A DNA stretch of 52,651 nt. Origin: a virus (Duplodnaviria > Caudoviricetes). The DNA is taken from positions 1 to 52,651 of IMG/VR virus record IMGVR_UViG_3300025508_000025; one strand, written 5' to 3'. How positions within the stretch are numbered: the stretch's first letter is position 1; each line of letters opens with the position of its first letter. Under the pieces are notes generated by a model. The model saw nothing but the letters and a program-made list of their open reading frames with translations, did no database searches and was not told the DNA's origin. Below are positions 19,418 through 29,819 of the stretch, piece by piece. The position numbers and the translations under genes were made by a program.

Positions 19418-22400
19418 ATGGCTGTATTTGATTTACCAAATGGCGAAAAATTAAATGTTCCTGATCAATATCTAGGCGATGTTGATATGGCATCTAATAT
19501 TAAAGATGTCTATGGTATTGATATTAATGAAGTTGCTTATGATCTAGATTGGTTAGCAGACAAACCTAAGTCAATAGCTAGAGGAGCTGTAGGATTAGCA
19601 GCAGATGTACCTTTAGGTTTAGCTGGTTTATTTGATATAGGAGATGATAGTGCTGCTGTTAAAGGTCTACAAGGATTTAAAGATTATTTAAGAGAAGATT
19701 CTGCATTAGCCTCTGATCCAAAATATAGAAATACATATGGTACAAAACTTGCAGAAGGTGCAGGTTCTTTTATTCCGTTTCTAGGAGCTGGTTTAGCAGG
19801 TAGAGCTTTAGCATCAAGAGGAGTTATTAGTCCAATGGCAGGAGCTTACGGAGTTCCAGCAGCATTAGCTGTGCCTACAGGTATGGCTCAACAAGTTGAT
19901 CGTTTGCAAATGGCTAGAGAAATGGGTGAAGATGTTGGAGCTGTATCTGAAACATTTGCTACTCTAACTGGTGGTCTTATAGGTTTAACAGAAATTGCAC
20001 CTATAGCAAATTTAATGAAAAAAATTCCTAAGTCTGCTCTTAGAAACAAAGAAACAAAAGATGCTATTCTTACTAAATTAAAATCTGCTGCACAGTCTGG
20101 TGCACTTGAAGGTGGTCAAGAAGTTCTTGCAAGTGTTTTACAAGACTTAACTGCTCGTGGTCTATACAGTGATGAGTTGCCTATAGGAGAAAGTTTATTT
20201 GATGAATTTACTATTGGTGGCATTATTGGTGGTACTGCTGACTTAGTTTTAAATAGTCTTGGACCAAAAAGAAATCAAGGTAATGCTTATCTTAGAGATA
20301 GAGAAGCTAGAGCTAGAAAAAATAAAGTTAATCTACAAGAGTCAGGTAAGTTTGAAAGAGCTATAGATCAAGGAGAAGTAACCGAATATCAACAACCTAC
20401 AGTCGTAGCTAAACCAGATATACCTGTTCCACCTATTGAAGGCTTAGAACCTCAACTAGAAATTACACGATTACCTGATGGAACATTTGCTGTTATAGAT
20501 ACTCAAGCTATTGACAGTCCTGTACTTGCAACAGCACCCACAGAAACAGAAGCAATAGTTCTTAAAGACAAACAGTTTACTCAGTTTGAAAGAGATAAAT
20601 TAAAATCTAGATTAGACAATGATTTATACAGCATGGGTTTAAGTGAAAGCTCAACTGCACAAGAAATAGGAGCAACAATTCTTGATCCTAATTCAGCAGA
20701 ATTAGATTTGCAAACTTTACTTAACTTTGATACTACATTTAAAGGTCCAAAGAAAAAAGCAAGACTTGATTCCACTAAAGCTCCAGATGATGTAATTAAA
20801 CACATAGAAAATCAAGGTTTAGATTTTAAGTCTACTTATTCTATGAATGAAGCAAAGTTATTTTTAAACAAAAAAGATTTTAATTCTTTAGCTTCTGATA
20901 TGGCACAAGTTGTATTTCAACAATCAGAAAAAGCAGGTATGCCTTCTATTCGTGCAGATAAAAAACAATTAGATACTTCTATTGGAGCAATAAAAGCATT
21001 AGCTAAATCTAAAAATATAGAGTTAGACGATGGAGGAATAGCGACTCCATTTATGAGATTTAATTCAATGACTACAGGAACTCCTATGTACAGACATATG
21101 AGCAAAGGACAAAAAGAATTACTTTTAGCTAAAATACATTCATTACCTGCATTTAATAATTTAACTCCTTTACCTGATTTTTCAATACGAGAATACACAG
21201 CAAAAGATATGGCTGATTTTGTAGCTGGTGTAGGACAAGCAGAGTTTGATGGCAATGATGTAAGAACATATTTAAAAGAAAGATTTAAAGATAGAACTCC
21301 AAAATATCATCCTTACTCTGATGGTAAATTTGATGACTTAATAATGAATGAACAGCTTGATACTTTTCTTCGTGATTTAAAAACAAGTGGCAGAGTTGAA
21401 TCTGTAGGAGAAAAAATAAGTACAAAAAAATATCCTTTTCCAGTATTAAGAATTAAACCTAACTTTGAGTTTGATATTGCAAGAAGAGCAGAAGGATTTA
21501 ATGAAACTCCTGAAGAGTTTGGAGCTAGGCTTACTCAAGAAAATAAATTACCACAAGAAACTATTGACCAGTTAATAGAATCTGAAAAAGTAAAACAACA
21601 AAAAGTTTTACCTCCGAAAGAAATAGAACCTAAAATAATAAACTTCCAAGAAGTTATAGAAGAAGGTCGTACTAATAAGTTTGCAAAAGAAATTCAAAAA
21701 AAATTAAAACAAGCTGGGTTATCAGAAGTTGGAGTTGTTGTTAGCAATGACATACTCTCTACAGAAACTTTAGTTGCAGGACAAAAAGGGGAAATCGTGT
21801 TTGACCCCACACAAACTAGAGCACAACAAACTAAAGGTCAGTATGACGAAAATACTGATACTATCTTTTTATCTTTAAACGCTGTTAATCCTGAAGGCAC
21901 AGCATCAGATATAGAAATCCAAGAACAACTTAATAGAATTATAGATGGTCAAATCATTCATGCATTTCGTGCTAAAGATTTAATCACTGAGCAAGAATAC
22001 AATTATCTTAAAAAAGAAGTTAAGCGTAGAAAAGTTCCGCAAGGTTTTGATGAAAACTTTAAAGGCAAAACTTTTTATGATAGAAGTAAAACACTTAACA
22101 ACGACAAAGCTCAATCACTTACAGCAGAAGGCAAAGGTGTTGATGCTATAGATGAGCTATACATAGAAAGTGCTGTAGCAGAAATGTATAAGGCAAGAAA
22201 CATTAAGCCTGATATACCACCTAAAGCTCAAGGCATTTTTGATAAGTTCTTAAACTTCTTTAAAAGCATGGGCACGGCTATGCGTTCTTCTGGTTATAAA
22301 AAATCTTCAGATATATTTAATGATATTGAAGCTGGAAAGATTGGTTCAAGAGAAAGAGATCAGATTAGAACTTTTAGAGAGTTAGATAGATTGCCTATTG

Positions 22401-25400
22401 CAGCAGAGACTGCTCCTATATTTGAAGTAGATGATGTTCAGGAAAAAGAAACAATTGAATTTACTGAAGAGGAAGCTAAAGAATTTAATATTTCTAATAC
22501 AGTATTTGTAGAAACAGAAACAGGTGCATTTGTTTCAGCTCCATATAATCCAATTAAAGGAAGAATTCTTGCTCCACCAAAAGTACAAAAAGGTAAAAGA
22601 ACAACTACAGCTAAAGATAGAAATAAAATTTATAACAAATATAAACTTACTGAAGAAGAATATCTAGAAGATGCTGAAGCTATTCTAGATAATATTAAAA
22701 ATAAAAATTTACTTGGTGCAATGGAATGGTATATAGAAAATGCTCCTAGTCAAGATTATAAATTAATAGCTACTAGAGTTTTAAAACAATTAAAAAAATT
22801 AAAATCAGCCAATATAGATTTTGATATTGTTATTTTTGATGATGCATATCTTCAACAACCTGCATCGGGATGGTTAGCAGAAGATATTAAAGAATTAAAA
22901 GCTCGTAAAAATAACTTGAATGGACAATCAATCGCACCTGGAAATGCAGGTAGAAGAAATGGATTAATATATTTAAATAATGTAGATGGAGCAAGAGGAA
23001 ATGGTGTAAATTTTGATACTTTTTTACATGAAGCAATTCATGCAGTAACACAAAGTACAGTTTTTATAGCTAATAATCCAGATGCTTTTTATTACCAAGA
23101 TATTACTCTTACTCAAAAAAGTATGGAGCAAATTAAAAGATTAGAGAATTTGCGAAAAAGAATTAAAAAAGAAATTAATCAAGAAAAACAAAGTGGCAAA
23201 TGGAGTGAAAGAAGTTATCAAGAACAATTTAGAATCAATTATTCAACAAAAAATATAAATGAACTTTTGTCTATGGGTTTAACTGATAGATATACTCAAG
23301 AGTTTTTTGAAAATATTAAATATACTCCTAAAGGAACAAACACTTTATGGGATGTTTTTGTAGATAGTATTAGAAAAATATTAGATATTCCTGCTAAAAA
23401 AGGTACAGCTCTTTCTGCATTTTTAAAAGAAGCAGATCAAATTCTTGATTTAAATCCTGAAGATATTAAAGCTACTCAAAAAATGCTTAGTAAATATCAA
23501 GATCAAAATGCTAAAGATAATCAAATAAATGCACCACCTATAGAAACGCAAAGAGAAAGTATTAATAATCAAATAAAAAAATTACAACAACGACTTGATC
23601 CATTACAAGCAACTATGAATCAAGAGTATGCTGTAATGAGCAATGCTAATAACTTAAAACTTAGTAGACAAATACAAGAAATAGAACAAGAAATAACAGC
23701 ATTGCAAGAACAATTAAAAAATCTTTCTCCAGAACAAACATCTTTTGTATTTGAGCAAGGCATTCGATCTCAAGACCCAAGCATATCATTACAAAAAGCT
23801 GTAGAGTCAGCAGAAGAATTAACCAAAAAAACTCCTAGAGGTGATATACCTCCTTATAATTTAAATGCTTCTGATGTTGCACTAGAAGCTGCTCAAGAAT
23901 TTATTGCAGACCCTACAGCTCGTATGCCTAAGATGCCTGTTAATGAGTCAGCAGTGCCAGAAGAGTTTAAAGAACGAGCTGAGAAAACTGGTTATCAAAG
24001 AGATGAAAGAACAGCAGGAGAAAGATTTATAGATGTTGCTGCTGATCCTATTACAAGTGTTAAAAAATTCTTTGCCAATACAAGACAAACTTATATTGAT
24101 AGTTTAGATAAACTTGATAAAAAGATAATTGAAGGCATTGAAACCAACGAAGAAGTAAGACTTGCAAATAACTTAGTATCAACTAGCACTATGGCTGCTT
24201 TAAGATTAGCAGATAGAGCAAGAGGTGTATTTGCACAGATGCTAACAAGAGGTGTGCCTGTTGATAAAATAGATGGCGTTGATGCTTTAACTTCAGTGCA
24301 AGAGTTTGAGTTTTCTGCTAGATACAATCCTTTTGTAGATGGCAATACAGGTAAAGGAGGTCTTGTACAATTTACTGCACCTTTATATTCAGACCCTACA
24401 ATAGATAAAGAATATGTATTTGGTTTATATGCTGGTTTAAAAAGAGTTAAAAGTCTTAATGAGAATGGCGTAGAGGTTGATGTTCCATCAAGTTTAAGAG
24501 ACCTAGAACTTATTGAACAAATAGAAAATAATTACAAAGATGTTGTAGAGGTCTACAACAATTATCAGCAATGGAATAATGGATTAATTAGTTTTGCAGA
24601 AGCTAAAGGTATTTTAAGCCAAGAACAATCTCAGTTATGGAGAACTCATTCTGCATACTATCCTTTCTATAGAAACATGGTAGATGATACTGAAATGAGT
24701 GCACCTGCGGTTGGTGGTGGTTCATTACCAAGCAATCCTCTTTCAATTAAAATGAAAGGTTCTGAAAAAGAACTCAATGTGCCTCCATTAGAAGCTATAG
24801 CAAGAAACTCTTTGTCTATATTAACTGCATCTATGAAGAATGATGGCGTTGCTAAATTAGTTAGAGACTTAGAAACAATGGGCGATGCCAAAGAAATTAG
24901 TCCAAGTCAAACACCAGGATTAGATACAATTTTTGTATTTGAAAATGGTGTAAAGAAACACATCTTATTAAAAGACCCAGAAACATTTCTTGCTTTGCAA
25001 TCTGTAGGTGGAGTTAAAACAGATATGTTAACTAAAATATTTGCTGTACCAGCAGGAATATTAAGAGACACAGTTACTCGTGATCCTGGATTTGTTGTTG
25101 TTAATATATTAAGAGATACACTATCTTCTGCTGTTACATCAGGAGTTAAGCTAGGTATAGATGCAGACAGCTATACACCTATTATAGATTCAGTTAAGAA
25201 TATGTTTGGTGATATGACTGATCTAGAAAAGTTTGGAATTATAGGTGGTTATGATTTTGCCAACGATGAAGGTGACATTGTTAGCTTTATGGCAAGAACA
25301 AGAAGGCAACAAGGACTATCATCAGAAAACGGAATTACTCCAGAAAGTGCATTTTATAAACTATGGGATGGATTGGGTGGACTAACCACTAAATCAGATG

Positions 25401-26683
25401 GTGCAACTCGTAAAGCAGTTTATGACTCAGTATATAAAAGTGCATTAAAAGATGGTGCAACAGAAGCGGAAGCTCAATCAGCAGCAGCATATCAAGCATT
25501 AGAAATAATAAACTTTGGTCGCAGAGGACTATCACCTACATTCAAGCTAGTGACTTCTGCAATACCATTCTTGAACGCAAGAATACAGGGTCTTGATGTC
25601 TTGTATAGATCGTTTAGTGGTAAATATTCTGCTACAGAGAAACTGCAAGAAGGCGAAACAATGGAAGAACTCAAAAGCAGAATTGTAAAGACGGCTTTGC
25701 AAAGAGGTCTGGGCTTGATGGGTGTCACCATAATGTATTATTTACTGGTCAGTGATACCGATGATTACAAAGAAGCCAAGCGAGAAACAAGAGATGATAA
25801 TTGGTTAATACCTACGCCTTGGGATTACACAGTTAAGATACCTATACCTTTTGAAGTAGGCATGATGTTTAAGGCTTTACCTGAAAGGATTGTTGATATG
25901 GCATGGGGTCAAGTAGAAAAAGACCCTCTGAAATCTATGGCAAGACAGCTAGGAACTTCTGCAAAAATTCCAGTCTTTAGTGGAGACATTAGTGTTCAGG
26001 CTGTTAAACCATTGTTTGAAGCTATCACTAACAGAAACTCTTTCACAGGCACTGAGATTGTTCCTTACTACAAGTTAGGCTTAGAAGCAGGGTATCAAGC
26101 TAATCCCCAAACAAATGAACTGGCAAGGCTTATAGGTGAACAGCTAGGCATATCTCCAATGAAGATAGAGTATGTGCTTAAAGGCTACACAGGAACGCTA
26201 GGTGGCTATGCTTTAAGTGTCATAGACTCTATGGTCAGAACTGCTACAGGCAGTCCTTACATCCCTAACAATGCATTTAATAATCCAACGAACTGGGCAC
26301 AACTACCAGTCTTTAAAAGACTTCTTGTAGATTCTAATCAGATGGGAGGATTGCAACAGCAGTTTTATGAACTAAGAGGGGAAGTTAATAAGGTCACACA
26401 GACCATGAACAGTCTCAAGAAACAAAAAAGATTTGATGAACTGGCAACTTATAGAGCCAACAATCAAGGAACTATGAATGTTAAAAATCAAGTCCGATCA
26501 ATGGAAAGATACTTAGATAATTACAGAAAGAAAAGAGATGCAATCATGCGTAGAGAAGATGTTTCTGTTTCAGTCAAACAAGGATTGCTTGAAGATTTAG
26601 TTTTAGAAAGAGATAAGAGATTAGCTTTTGTACCTGAGTTAAGAAAGAAAGCCAATGTTCCCATCTTTACAGGAAACCTGTAG
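19418..26683 (+). CDS. Large polyvalent ejection protein (zincin-like HExxH, LPD38-like C-terminus)
   Basis: 2421 aa; TFLHEAIHAVT; C-terminal IPFLNARIQG, KIPIPFEVG, SPMKIEYVLKGYTG. Confidence 0.7.
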   Translation: MAVFDLPNGEKLNVPDQYLGDVDMASNIKDVYGIDINEVAYDLDWLADKPKSIARGAVGLAADVPLGLAGLFDIGDDSAAVKGLQGFKDYLREDSALASDPKYRNTYGTKLAEGAGSFIPFLGAGLAGRALASRGVISPMAGAYGVPAALAVPTGMAQQVDRLQMAREMGEDVGAVSETFATLTGGLIGLTEIAPIANLMKKIPKSALRNKETKDAILTKLKSAAQSGALEGGQEVLASVLQDLTARGLYSDELPIGESLFDEFTIGGIIGGTADLVLNSLGPKRNQGNAYLRDREARARKNKVNLQESGKFERAIDQGEVTEYQQPTVVAKPDIPVPPIEGLEPQLEITRLPDGTFAVIDTQAIDSPVLATAPTETEAIVLKDKQFTQFERDKLKSRLDNDLYSMGLSESSTAQEIGATILDPNSAELDLQTLLNFDTTFKGPKKKARLDSTKAPDDVIKHIENQGLDFKSTYSMNEAKLFLNKKDFNSLASDMAQVVFQQSEKAGMPSIRADKKQLDTSIGAIKALAKSKNIELDDGGIATPFMRFNSMTTGTPMYRHMSKGQKELLLAKIHSLPAFNNLTPLPDFSIREYTAKDMADFVAGVGQAEFDGNDVRTYLKERFKDRTPKYHPYSDGKFDDLIMNEQLDTFLRDLKTSGRVESVGEKISTKKYPFPVLRIKPNFEFDIARRAEGFNETPEEFGARLTQENKLPQETIDQLIESEKVKQQKVLPPKEIEPKIINFQEVIEEGRTNKFAKEIQKKLKQAGLSEVGVVVSNDILSTETLVAGQKGEIVFDPTQTRAQQTKGQYDENTDTIFLSLNAVNPEGTASDIEIQEQLNRIIDGQIIHAFRAKDLITEQEYNYLKKEVKRRKVPQGFDENFKGKTFYDRSKTLNNDKAQSLTAEGKGVDAIDELYIESAVAEMYKARNIKPDIPPKAQGIFDKFLNFFKSMGTAMRSSGYKKSSDIFNDIEAGKIGSRERDQIRTFRELDRLPIAAETAPIFEVDDVQEKETIEFTEEEAKEFNISNTVFVETETGAFVSAPYNPIKGRILAPPKVQKGKRTTTAKDRNKIYNKYKLTEEEYLEDAEAILDNIKNKNLLGAMEWYIENAPSQDYKLIATRVLKQLKKLKSANIDFDIVIFDDAYLQQPASGWLAEDIKELKARKNNLNGQSIAPGNAGRRNGLIYLNNVDGARGNGVNFDTFLHEAIHAVTQSTVFIANNPDAFYYQDITLTQKSMEQIKRLENLRKRIKKEINQEKQSGKWSERSYQEQFRINYSTKNINELLSMGLTDRYTQEFFENIKYTPKGTNTLWDVFVDSIRKILDIPAKKGTALSAFLKEADQILDLNPEDIKATQKMLSKYQDQNAKDNQINAPPIETQRESINNQIKKLQQRLDPLQATMNQEYAVMSNANNLKLSRQIQEIEQEITALQEQLKNLSPEQTSFVFEQGIRSQDPSISLQKAVESAEELTKKTPRGDIPPYNLNASDVALEAAQEFIADPTARMPKMPVNESAVPEEFKERAEKTGYQRDERTAGERFIDVAADPITSVKKFFANTRQTYIDSLDKLDKKIIEGIETNEEVRLANNLVSTSTMAALRLADRARGVFAQMLTRGVPVDKIDGVDALTSVQEFEFSARYNPFVDGNTGKGGLVQFTAPLYSDPTIDKEYVFGLYAGLKRVKSLNENGVEVDVPSSLRDLELIEQIENNYKDVVEVYNNYQQWNNGLISFAEAKGILSQEQSQLWRTHSAYYPFYRNMVDDTEMSAPAVGGGSLPSNPLSIKMKGSEKELNVPPLEAIARNSLSILTASMKNDGVAKLVRDLETMGDAKEISPSQTPGLDTIFVFENGVKKHILLKDPETFLALQSVGGVKTDMLTKIFAVPAGILRDTVTRDPGFVVVNILRDTLSSAVTSGVKLGIDADSYTPIIDSVKNMFGDMTDLEKFGIIGGYDFANDEGDIVSFMARTRRQQGLSSENGITPESAFYKLWDGLGGLTTKSDGATRKAVYDSVYKSALKDGATEAEAQSAAAYQALEIINFGRRGLSPTFKLVTSAIPFLNARIQGLDVLYRSFSGKYSATEKLQEGETMEELKSRIVKTALQRGLGLMGVTIMYYLLVSDTDDYKEAKRETRDDNWLIPTPWDYTVKIPIPFEVGMMFKALPERIVDMAWGQVEKDPLKSMARQLGTSAKIPVFSGDISVQAVKPLFEAITNRNSFTGTEIVPYYKLGLEAGYQANPQTNELARLIGEQLGISPMKIEYVLKGYTGTLGGYALSVIDSMVRTATGSPYIPNNAFNNPTNWAQLPVFKRLLVDSNQMGGLQQQFYELRGEVNKVTQTMNSLKKQKRFDELATYRANNQGTMNVKNQVRSMERYLDNYRKKRDAIMRREDVSVSVKQGLLEDLVLERDKRLAFVPELRKKANVPIFTGNL

Positions 26684-26689
26684 CTAAGA

Positions 26690-27151
26690 TTATCTCTTAC
26701 CAGTAAATAATATTTTCTTTTCGGCTGCCAGAAGCTGCGAATTTTGATTTACTATTCTGACTGCATTGTTTAGGTCAACAAGTTTGTTTTCCATTTGGTC
26801 AAATTGTGCATCCACTCCCTTTAGCTGATCAATCAACTTCTCTTCTTTGAATTGTTTTAATCTAAAGAAGTCATTGTGATTAGGATGACGAGCATGAAAC
26901 AAACGAGCATAGAAGCTAATGTAATCATTGCTGATCTTAAACTCCCCTCCATTCGTTTCTATCTCCCTGTTCCACCTAATGCGATTAATGATTGCCCAAT
27001 GAGAGTAATGCTTTCTGCCAGTCTTAATAGCTTCTAGCGTGTACTCCTCAAACTTATCCCATACTTGAGGGTTCTTCTTATGCCATCCCCACCAAGCCTC
27101 TTTCCTTTCCTGTAGCTTCTTCTCAAGCTGTTCAATTACCATTGACATCAT
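26690..27151 (-). CDS. Conserved phage hypothetical protein
   Basis: NPQVWDKF...IINRIRW...FKISNDY motif. Confidence 0.6.
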   Translation of the reverse strand: MMSMVIEQLEKKLQERKEAWWGWHKKNPQVWDKFEEYTLEAIKTGRKHYSHWAIINRIRWNREIETNGGEFKISNDYISFYARLFHARHPNHNDFFRLKQFKEEKLIDQLKGVDAQFDQMENKLVDLNNAVRIVNQNSQLLAAEKKILFTGKR

Positions 27152-27365
27152 CTTCCTCCATTAACTTTTCTAACCACCCTGCCATTTGAAATCCATTTGA
27201 ATCATTATCAGGGTTTGTGTACACCACATTCTTTACATCTTTTACCAATGTCTTAGGCAAGTAATACCTATTTGCAATATCAGTTAAAATCTGTAACAAC
27301 TCTTCTCTGTCTACGCCTTCTGCCCATTGCTTGACTTCATCGTAATTCACATCATCTTTAACCAT
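27132..27365 (-). CDS. Hypothetical protein
   Basis: Overlapping chain with neighbours; GAGG SD. Confidence 0.55.
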   Translation of the reverse strand: MVKDDVNYDEVKQWAEGVDREELLQILTDIANRYYLPKTLVKDVKNVVYTNPDNDSNGFQMAGWLEKLMEEDDVNGN

Positions 27366-27747
27366 TCTTATCCTCCTCTATTGTTAGAACACATCTAGGG
27401 TTATCTTTATCCACACCCCCAAACCTATACACCACTTTCTTAATCTGCTTGGAACTATCATCCTCAATGATCTCAGCCTTAACCAAAGCATCGCAAGTAA
27501 ACTTATCTATAATAGAACAAGGGTTACTCACATCCAATCTTCTCTTGCTTTTGGCATAGTAGACATACTCCAATGAAACAACATCACTAAACTTAGGCAA
27601 GTCTTTAATCCTTTCCAACAAATCCTCTGTATAAATTTTCTTAGAAGCAGATAAGATTCTGTAATGAGCATTGCGATAATTGTTTAGGTTCAGAATGAAC
27701 TTCTTGTTTTTAGAATAGTAGACTTCAAGGGGTAGTATAAGAATCAT
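27358..27747 (-). CDS. rusA: RusA-like Holliday junction resolvase
   Basis: RRLDVSN...K...DALVKAEIIEDDS, DKDNPR. Confidence 0.75.
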   Translation of the reverse strand: MILILPLEVYYSKNKKFILNLNNYRNAHYRILSASKKIYTEDLLERIKDLPKFSDVVSLEYVYYAKSKRRLDVSNPCSIIDKFTCDALVKAEIIEDDSSKQIKKVVYRFGGVDKDNPRCVLTIEEDKNG

Positions 27748-27805
27748 GAATGAATTTCTATTGACTGGTAAAATATATTTTTATTGCTGCGATCCTTGGA
27801 AGCCG

Positions 27806-27982
27806 TCATTCTATTTCTACAAAAACCATAAACTGATCTTCATCTATCCTAATAATGGCTACGATGTTCTGATCTTTAAACTTTCTTTCTATACTGGTTA
27901 ATGTTTTCATCTTAACGAGATGGGTATCTATTTGATAATCACCATCTGTTGTCTCTAGTATTATTGATTTAAGACTTTTCAT
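27806..27982 (-). CDS. Hypothetical protein (58 aa, not in ORF track)
   Basis: MKSLKSIILETTDGDY...; overlaps upstream stop; GGAG SD. Confidence 0.45.
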   Translation of the reverse strand: MKSLKSIILETTDGDYQIDTHLVKMKTLTSIERKFKDQNIVAIIRIDEDQFMVFVEIE

Positions 27983-28220
27983 TACGCAACTCCATTAGAT
28001 CATTCCATTTATAAAACTTTTTATTTATGTCATCCCAAAAATTACCTTTGTGTTTTTCTTCATAGGAAACTTCTATAGAACAAGCAATGTTTTTTTTATC
28101 TATGTGATCTTGTACTTGTTGTTTAACCTCTTCATCACTAGGTATATGATCAAATTCAAAACAAAAGAAAGGCTGAACAACTACCTTTTTTATTTTTGAT
28201 TTAGTCTTAAAGTCTTTCAT
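27969..28220 (-). CDS. Hypothetical protein
   Basis: ATGA overlap with upstream gene. Confidence 0.5.
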   Translation of the reverse strand: MKDFKTKSKIKKVVVQPFFCFEFDHIPSDEEVKQQVQDHIDKKNIACSIEVSYEEKHKGNFWDDINKKFYKWNDLMELRNEKS

Positions 28221-28525
28221 TCGTTCTCCATAATATTGTTTACTTGATCTAACAATTCTTGTTCTGTTCCATAGGCTGTTTCAAACCTCTTCTTCCAAGG
28301 ATGCCTACTGATAACAGGCTCGACATTCTTGCCACCTCGATGATGGTCAAAGCACAAGGGAAGGACATTAAAATGTGCGTTCTCTTTAGTCTTGCCATGA
28401 ATATGATGTATCTCTACAGCAGTATTATTAAAGCCTTTGTTGAAACAAACGATACAGCCTAGCTGAGAGACTGAATCCATATGTCTCTTCTCTTTAGCGT
28501 TTGGGTTTCTTCCTTTTACTGCCAT
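28217..28525 (-). CDS. Ref-like (RecA-dependent) HNH nuclease
   Basis: GCIVC...EIHHI...LPLCFDHHR; likely start MAVKG. Confidence 0.7.
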   Translation of the reverse strand: MAVKGRNPNAKEKRHMDSVSQLGCIVCFNKGFNNTAVEIHHIHGKTKENAHFNVLPLCFDHHRGGKNVEPVISRHPWKKRFETAYGTEQELLDQVNNIMENE

Positions 28526-28604
28526 CTTTTTTACCAAATATTTTTTCCCAATTGTCCTGATACTTTGTACCCTTTTCAGGTCTCCTCTTGCTACCCTTCG
28601 ACAT
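28494..28604 (-). CDS. Tiny basic protein (36 aa, not in ORF track)
   Basis: MSKGSKRRP...YQDNWEKIFG, a motif I recall from small phage proteins. Confidence 0.5.
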   Translation of the reverse strand: MSKGSKRRPEKGTKYQDNWEKIFGKKDGSKRKKPKR

Positions 28605-28719
28605 CTTCATCCCATATAAAACTTACAGTAGTCTTACCAAAAGAATCATACTGAATCTTCCATACCTTAAAAGGACAAGCATTAAGCCATGCAAAGAAGT
28701 CTCTAGCTTTTTGGTTCAT
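28591..28719 (-). CDS. Small protein (42 aa, not in ORF track)
   Basis: ATGA overlap; MNQKARDFFAWLNACPF... Confidence 0.5.
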   Translation of the reverse strand: MNQKARDFFAWLNACPFKVWKIQYDSFGKTTVSFIWDEDVEG

Positions 28720-29060
28720 GCTCCATACCTCTTGCGTTCTTCCCTAGCGTTGACCATCTTAGTCCTCCACTCCTCAAAGCCTACTTCTAAGGCTCTTAGC
28801 TGTATCTTAATAGCAGACAAACCACCTTTGGCTTCTCCCACTCTTAGTCTAGCGTTATAGAGTTCGTCACTAGACTCTGCCCAAGTTTCTTGAGCAGAGG
28901 TAGTTTTCATTCCATCAGCAAGTGCCTTGAGTTTAAGAACAGCCAACAACTGTTTGACATCAGCTTCATTCTTAAACACCAAGTATTCAGTTTTCTCTAT
29001 CAGTGGTGCAAGAGTTCTAATTTGATGCATCCACGATTCTACTTGCTCATCCACTATCAA
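28716..29060 (-). CDS. Helical hypothetical protein (possible recombination mediator)
   Basis: Coiled-coil character; recombination module context. Confidence 0.45.
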   Translation of the reverse strand: MIVDEQVESWMHQIRTLAPLIEKTEYLVFKNEADVKQLLAVLKLKALADGMKTTSAQETWAESSDELYNARLRVGEAKGGLSAIKIQLRALEVGFEEWRTKMVNAREERKRYGA

Positions 29061-29269
29061 CCCTCCTTGGTAAAGAATTTACCAATCTGATCTTCAACAT
29101 TGTTTAATGCTTTTCTTCCATGCATTTCATTGAATACTCGTCTAGCAATTTGTTCAGAGTATGGTTCTTCTTTATGCACCCTTCTTTCATCAGTGTTCAT
29201 CCTAAACCATGTGCTGAAATTAGCTTCGTAAGATTCATCGTCATCGTATGTAAATACTGCTTGTTCCAT
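29057..29269 (-). CDS. Hypothetical protein
   Basis: Tightly packed ORF. Confidence 0.55.
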   Translation of the reverse strand: MEQAVFTYDDDESYEANFSTWFRMNTDERRVHKEEPYSEQIARRVFNEMHGRKALNNVEDQIGKFFTKEG

Positions 29270-29270
29270 A

Positions 29271-29492
29271 TCAAACCCCCAGTCTGTCTTGGTTAATTTT
29301 ATCTCGTTCTTCTTGTATCTTGAAAAACATATAGTCCATCAAAAGGGAATGTGGGGTAGACCCACTTCCCTCTGCGATAGGTTTTAACTGCTCAATCAAA
29401 TCAGAGTAGTTCTTCATGTATTCAAAAAATATATACTGGTCAATAGAATTTTCTATGTCCTGTATCTGCTCTTTGTTTTGTAAAATACTCAT
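29271..29492 (-). CDS. Hypothetical protein
   Basis: Tightly packed ORF. Confidence 0.55.
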   Translation of the reverse strand: MSILQNKEQIQDIENSIDQYIFFEYMKNYSDLIEQLKPIAEGSGSTPHSLLMDYMFFKIQEERDKINQDRLGV

Positions 29493-29819
29493 TTAGAATG
29501 GAATGTCATCATCAGAAATCTCAGGCTTACTTACAGGTCTAGGCTCTACAGGTCTAGGTTCTGCATCAAAGTCATCAGGTTTCTTCTGTGGCTGTGGAAT
29601 ATCTAATCGACAATACTTGTAGTCATTGCCATTCTTAGATTGCCTATCCCATAAAGCAACACGCATCTCAGCTTCTTGCCCACTCTTAACTTTCTCTACC
29701 AAAGACTTGAGTAGCTTTTTATCTAGGACAACCTTGCCTGTCCAATCAGGCTGTTTCTCATTGTCCTTGTAGTTATTAGTGAAGATTGCTCCATCACTCT
29801 GCATCCTTTCTTCAGTCAT
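29493..29819 (-). CDS. Single-stranded DNA-binding protein (DUF736-like)
   Basis: KQPDWTG, RVALW, acidic tail DDDIPF. Confidence 0.7.
   Translation of the reverse strand: MTEERMQSDGAIFTNNYKDNEKQPDWTGKVVLDKKLLKSLVEKVKSGQEAEMRVALWDRQSKNGNDYKYCRLDIPQPQKKPDDFDAEPRPVEPRPVSKPEISDDDIPF

Noticed and set aside
120-26683. Short antisense or alternate-frame ORFs and CTGANGA matches inside long genes
   Set aside because: Shadows of real CDSs; I noticed no complete hammerhead fold there, though I did not scan exhaustively
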